Source: an uncultured Gammaproteobacteria bacterium (GTDB taxonomy: Bacteria; Patescibacteriota; Microgenomatia; UBA1406; HO2-37-13b). From it: 64,000 nucleotides of DNA. The position numbers were made by a program, and so were the translations under genes. The stretch lies in NCBI GenBank assembly GCA_964612595.1, contig CAZTFB010000001.1:195058-259057 (forward strand), in the 5' to 3' direction. This document shows positions 60,253-64,000 of this stretch, one piece after another (position 1 is the stretch's first letter; every line of letters begins with the position of its first letter). The notes under the pieces were generated by a model. That model saw only the letters and a program-made list of their open reading frames with translations, made no database searches and was not told the DNA's origin.

Positions 60253-60616
60253 CTAGGACAATAATTTTCGGAATAAAAATCATGGATGCGATAATAAGCG
60301 CTCCGACAGCGAACGTTAACATTGCAGCAGCTGATACATCTTTTGCAATTTTTATCTCCTCACGCCACTCTTTAGTTATTGCATCAGTGGTAGCTTCAAG
60401 ACCCGTATTTAATGTTTCTATAACAAGTCCCATCGTTATTAGAAAAATAACCATCAACCATTCTTGCATTGAGATTTTTAGCGTCAAACTCAGAAATATC
60501 GCTATTGTTGAAAAAGCAATGTGTATTCTGTAGTTGGGTTGCGTACGCATGGCCCACAAAACCCCATCGTATGCATGTTTAAATGAAATAGTATGTTTGT
60601 GCAATTGTGTGCCCAT
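60245..60616 (-). CDS. dgkA: diacylglycerol/undecaprenol kinase (DgkA family)
   Basis: ETLNTGLEATTDAI and AKDVSAAAML motifs. Start set to M25. Confidence 0.8.
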   Translation of the reverse strand: MGTQLHKHTISFKHAYDGVLWAMRTQPNYRIHIAFSTIAIFLSLTLKISMQEWLMVIFLITMGLVIETLNTGLEATTDAITKEWREEIKIAKDVSAAAMLTFAVGALIIASMIFIPKIIVLVG

Positions 60617-60620
60617 AATC

Positions 60621-61598
60621 TCATTGTATAACGGATGATAAGACTTTTGCGAGCTTTTCTGGATCGTGTCGTTGAAGACTACGTACAACTACATCTGCCA
60701 TTGATGTTGTAAATGCCTGCTCTGCAACTAAATCAGCTCGTAATATCTCCAAAGGATGTGCTGAAAAAGTATCTAAATCATCCTTAACTTCGCCCTCTCC
60801 ATACCCTTGATAGTATTCTTCAACATCTTTTGATATTTTTTTGTTGTTCATGACAACCATGTCAACCTGTCGCCCCATATAGCTCTCAAGATCCCTCACA
60901 TGATCAACAGCAGTATAGTTCGGTGTCTGTCCTCTCTTAGTCATTAGATTAATGTTGAGCACAATCTTGGCTTTTGTCATAACAAATGCTTCTTTAATTC
61001 CCCCGACAAGAAGATTCGGTACGATGCTTGTATAGAGATCACCTGGACCCATGATGATGTAATCAGCTGAAACAATTGCTTCAATTGCATTTGGATTTGA
61101 AGATGCATCAGGTTTTAAAAAGGCTTTTTTTATACGGGATTCCTTATGAAAAGCTGAATCAATTAAATCTTCTGTCATGAGCGTTTCTCCATCCTCATAT
61201 TCAGCGCAAAGATGTACTCTATCAAAAGTTACAGGAATAACCTTTCCCTTTGTTTGGAGAATGTATGATGCAGTATCAATCACCTCCTGGTAGTTAGGGG
61301 CTGTTACTTGTTCTAATGCAGTCAAAAAAATATTTCCGAAATTATGTCCCTTAAAATCTCCCTTCTCAAATCTATAGAGAAAAAGCTTTCTCCATAGTTC
61401 TGATGCTTCTGACAGCGCAACAAGACACTGTCTTACATCACCTGGAGGAAGTACGCCGTATTGGTCTCGAAGTTTCCCAGTACTACCACCACTATCCATA
61501 CTCGTTACTACCGCAGAAAGATTATAGTCGTAGTTTTTTAGACCTGAAAGAACAACATAAGTACCCGTTCCACCTCCTATAATCGTAATATTCTTCAT
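60621..61598 (-). CDS. YvcK/CofD-like (UPF0052) protein
   Basis: ITIIGGGTGTYVVLSGLK N-terminus and the GPGDLYTSIVPNLL motif. Confidence 0.85.
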   Translation of the reverse strand: MKNITIIGGGTGTYVVLSGLKNYDYNLSAVVTSMDSGGSTGKLRDQYGVLPPGDVRQCLVALSEASELWRKLFLYRFEKGDFKGHNFGNIFLTALEQVTAPNYQEVIDTASYILQTKGKVIPVTFDRVHLCAEYEDGETLMTEDLIDSAFHKESRIKKAFLKPDASSNPNAIEAIVSADYIIMGPGDLYTSIVPNLLVGGIKEAFVMTKAKIVLNINLMTKRGQTPNYTAVDHVRDLESYMGRQVDMVVMNNKKISKDVEEYYQGYGEGEVKDDLDTFSAHPLEILRADLVAEQAFTTSMADVVVRSLQRHDPEKLAKVLSSVIQ

Positions 61599-61636
61599 AG
61601 ATGTTATATTTTACACTATCACAGCAATTAATTTAC

Positions 61637-62794
61637 TCACGACACAAAGTATCCCTGTGCAAAAAATGCAAGGAGAATACACTGAAAAAGGACAAATATT
61701 CCTAATACTACATAGAATGTCGTAAGTTTTACTTTACTCAGGACAAAAAATATTGATAGTGCAAAAAGTGAATAACGAGGTGTCGACGATAGCGTTCCTG
61801 TGAGTGTTGGAAGAATTAAATTTGCTAATGAAAATAGTGCTATACCAAATTCTTTCATTGCTTTTTTTTTAATAGACCAGTAGGTGTGAATACCTGTAAG
61901 AATCAAAGCAACAGTAAAAAGCACAAACTCAACAACAGCAATAGCATATTGAAAATTAAAGCTGGCAGTCATAAAAATACGAACATATCTGAAAAATACC
62001 TGTGGTAATAAAATTACCTCGGATGATCTATGCGCACCAAACGAAGACTGTACGGTTAAGAAATACATTGGATTTCCTGTTGCAAAGAAGAGGTACATCA
62101 TATACATAAAAATGCCTAAAAAAGGCGAAAATATGATTGGATGTGTTGTAAATATATTCCATAAATTTTTCTTAAAACTAATTCTCTGATCATAAAGACT
62201 AAAAAAGAGTGGAAGAACAAGAAAAACACCCTGAATTCTTGTTAGTGATGCACATACAAGCACAAAGAATAGGAGTCGATACGTTTTCTTGTACATAAGA
62301 TATAGACTTGCTACGATCAGAAAAAAGAAAAGTGACTCTGTGTATACTGCAGAGAAAAAGAATGATGTTGGATAGGCCAGTAAAAGCATGAGAAATCTAA
62401 ACCTATGTTCAAGATGAAACACTTCTTTCAGAACCTTATGACATATCAATACGCCACCTATGAAAAAGAGTTGACTCAGTATAAAACCAGTAATGAAAAT
62501 GTTGTTGATTGTAACGCTACTTACAAAACGAACAAGGAATGGGTAAAGTGGAAAGAATGCTCTGTCTATATCGTGATATCCCTCTCGAGCAATACCTAAA
62601 TAGTGAACACCATCAAAATTTGCCCAGACACCAAGTAAATGTGGCCATTCCTTTGCCTCAGGAATAACTTCAAAAGTAAATCGAGGCAGAAATAATATGC
62701 TCGTTGCAGCAGCTGCAATAACTAAACTAAGCACAAAAAATCTCACAACGAGGAGCATTAGTAGTTTCGCATTACTTACTTGTCTCGTGTGCAT
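61637..62794 (-). CDS. polytopic glycosyltransferase, PIG-V/mannosyltransferase-like
   Basis: About 10 TM segments. The WANFDGVHYLGIAREGY..AFFPLYPF motif is typical of PIG-V-like GT-C enzymes. Confidence 0.6.
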   Translation of the reverse strand: MHTRQVSNAKLLMLLVVRFFVLSLVIAAAATSILFLPRFTFEVIPEAKEWPHLLGVWANFDGVHYLGIAREGYHDIDRAFFPLYPFLVRFVSSVTINNIFITGFILSQLFFIGGVLICHKVLKEVFHLEHRFRFLMLLLAYPTSFFFSAVYTESLFFFLIVASLYLMYKKTYRLLFFVLVCASLTRIQGVFLVLPLFFSLYDQRISFKKNLWNIFTTHPIIFSPFLGIFMYMMYLFFATGNPMYFLTVQSSFGAHRSSEVILLPQVFFRYVRIFMTASFNFQYAIAVVEFVLFTVALILTGIHTYWSIKKKAMKEFGIALFSLANLILPTLTGTLSSTPRYSLFALSIFFVLSKVKLTTFYVVLGIFVLFQCILLAFFAQGYFVS

Positions 62795-63984
62795 ACATCT
62801 CCAGGCTGGACTAAGGATCCACTGTTAAGCATGACTCCTGGCATTGTCGTTGAGTTTACTCCCATCTGGAATGACCTACCTGCGATTACACCTAATTTCT
62901 GTCTCTTAGTATCAATTTTTTCATCTTTAACCCTGCATTGGATATTTTTTTTATCAAAACGGTAGTTAGCAGTAACCGATCCAGCCGCAAAATTCGCATC
63001 GCCCTCAACGATAGAATCACCTATATAAGCTCTATGTGTCCACACATTGTCACCAATGTACGATCGAGTTAATTCTGTATAACCGCCAATAACAGATTTC
63101 TCTCCAATCATGCTTTGATTTATAAGTACATAATTCCCAATAATAGTGTTCTTACCTATATAGCAGGGTCCGACGATTTTTGAATATTCGTAAATTTTTA
63201 CACCGTCATCTATGTAAACATCGCCAATAATTTTTGCTGTTGGATCAATAACAACATCCTTACCAATATGTCCAGCTGTTTCCTTTAAGAAAAAGGACAT
63301 TGCGTCTAATATATGCCAAGGATACTTTAGAGTTGCCCAATCGCTTTTATAAACCGCGTTTTTAAATACTTTACCAGAAGAAATATATTCTGTTAATGCG
63401 ACCTCGTATACGTCGTCATTATCCGATGTTGTAGTCGAGAGTAATTCGAGAAAATCCTGAGCATTCTTTACATAATCAACAACAAGTTTAAAATAGCGAG
63501 ACTGTAGATCGTCTGGACTGGGTTTTTCAATAATTCCTGTTATCTTTCCCTCGTCAAGCTGTAAATATCCTCCGGGAACATAGTCTTTTATCAGTAATGA
63601 CACAAACAATCCATCCACGTCGCCTTCATCTCTTTTCTTAAATAGTTCTTCTAGCATATGGTCGTGATATAAATCATTTGCGTTAGCAAACAGCGCACTT
63701 CCCTTAATATATGGCTTTGCAGATATGAGTGCTGCTGCCATCCCCTCACCAGATTGGACAACAAGTTGAGCTTTATGTTTTTTTGTGAAAGGCTCAACGG
63801 TCTTTTTTGTTTCTTCATTTACGACTACTATGAGATTCTTTGTATAACGACCATAAAATTTCAACTGATACTCAATGAGAGTCTGTCCATTAAAAAGAAA
63901 GAGGTTTTTGTGAGAAAGTGGCTTAAATCGTGTACTGCTACCTCCAGATAAAATTACTATAGTATCAATCATATGATCCATCAT
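62776..63984 (-). CDS. sugar-phosphate nucleotidyltransferase with C-terminal left-handed beta-helix (GlmU-like architecture)
   Basis: IVILSGGSSTRFKPL N-terminus and hexapeptide-repeat-rich C-terminal half. Confidence 0.7.
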   Translation of the reverse strand: MMDHMIDTIVILSGGSSTRFKPLSHKNLFLFNGQTLIEYQLKFYGRYTKNLIVVVNEETKKTVEPFTKKHKAQLVVQSGEGMAAALISAKPYIKGSALFANANDLYHDHMLEELFKKRDEGDVDGLFVSLLIKDYVPGGYLQLDEGKITGIIEKPSPDDLQSRYFKLVVDYVKNAQDFLELLSTTTSDNDDVYEVALTEYISSGKVFKNAVYKSDWATLKYPWHILDAMSFFLKETAGHIGKDVVIDPTAKIIGDVYIDDGVKIYEYSKIVGPCYIGKNTIIGNYVLINQSMIGEKSVIGGYTELTRSYIGDNVWTHRAYIGDSIVEGDANFAAGSVTANYRFDKKNIQCRVKDEKIDTKRQKLGVIAGRSFQMGVNSTTMPGVMLNSGSLVQPGDVCTRDK

Positions 63985-64000
63985 ACACGTTTAATGTCTG

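Overview
Gene-dense, low-GC bacterial chromosome segment. Hand counts of typical 60-nt lines give roughly 32-40% GC. Almost all core genes are on the minus strand, and many adjacent genes overlap by 4-17 nt. The style is consistent with a small-genome CPR/Patescibacteria-like organism; this is inference only. Core content, read in minus-strand direction: a dcw-type cell-wall/division cluster (mraY, murD, ftsW, murG, ftsQ, ftsA, ftsZ), ileS, rodA, rplU-rpmA, polX, lemA, htpX, nth, gatCAB, dnaE, a complete F1Fo ATP synthase operon, a tRNA-Ala plus 23S rRNA unit with no 16S or 5S nearby, topA, pyrG, and rplS. Six tRNAs were found by eye: Glu, Ala, Asp, Gly, Thr, Val. Points worth a second look: (1) The left 6.5 kb is an integrated element abutting tRNA-Glu. 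It carries a large serine recombinase, a VirD4/TraD-like ATPase, a TGT/DpdA-like protein and a possible nuclease. (2) The 23S gene carries a group I intron with a LAGLIDADG ORF at the equivalent of E. coli U2500/C2501. (3) The 23S gene also carries five mutually related long hairpin inserts, two of them at the classical IVS sites. (4) Several noticeably GC-richer plus-strand orphan genes sit in intergenic gaps; all four have strong Shine-Dalgarno sites, most have recognisable promoters, and two are bracketed by inverted repeats. (5) A GIY-YIG cassette is bounded by a 13-bp duplication of the tRNA-Asp 5' end. (6) A PP-loop ATPase gene lies between murD and mraY and is a MurL-like candidate. (7) The ATP synthase delta subunit is half length. 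No CRISPR array or transposase was seen.
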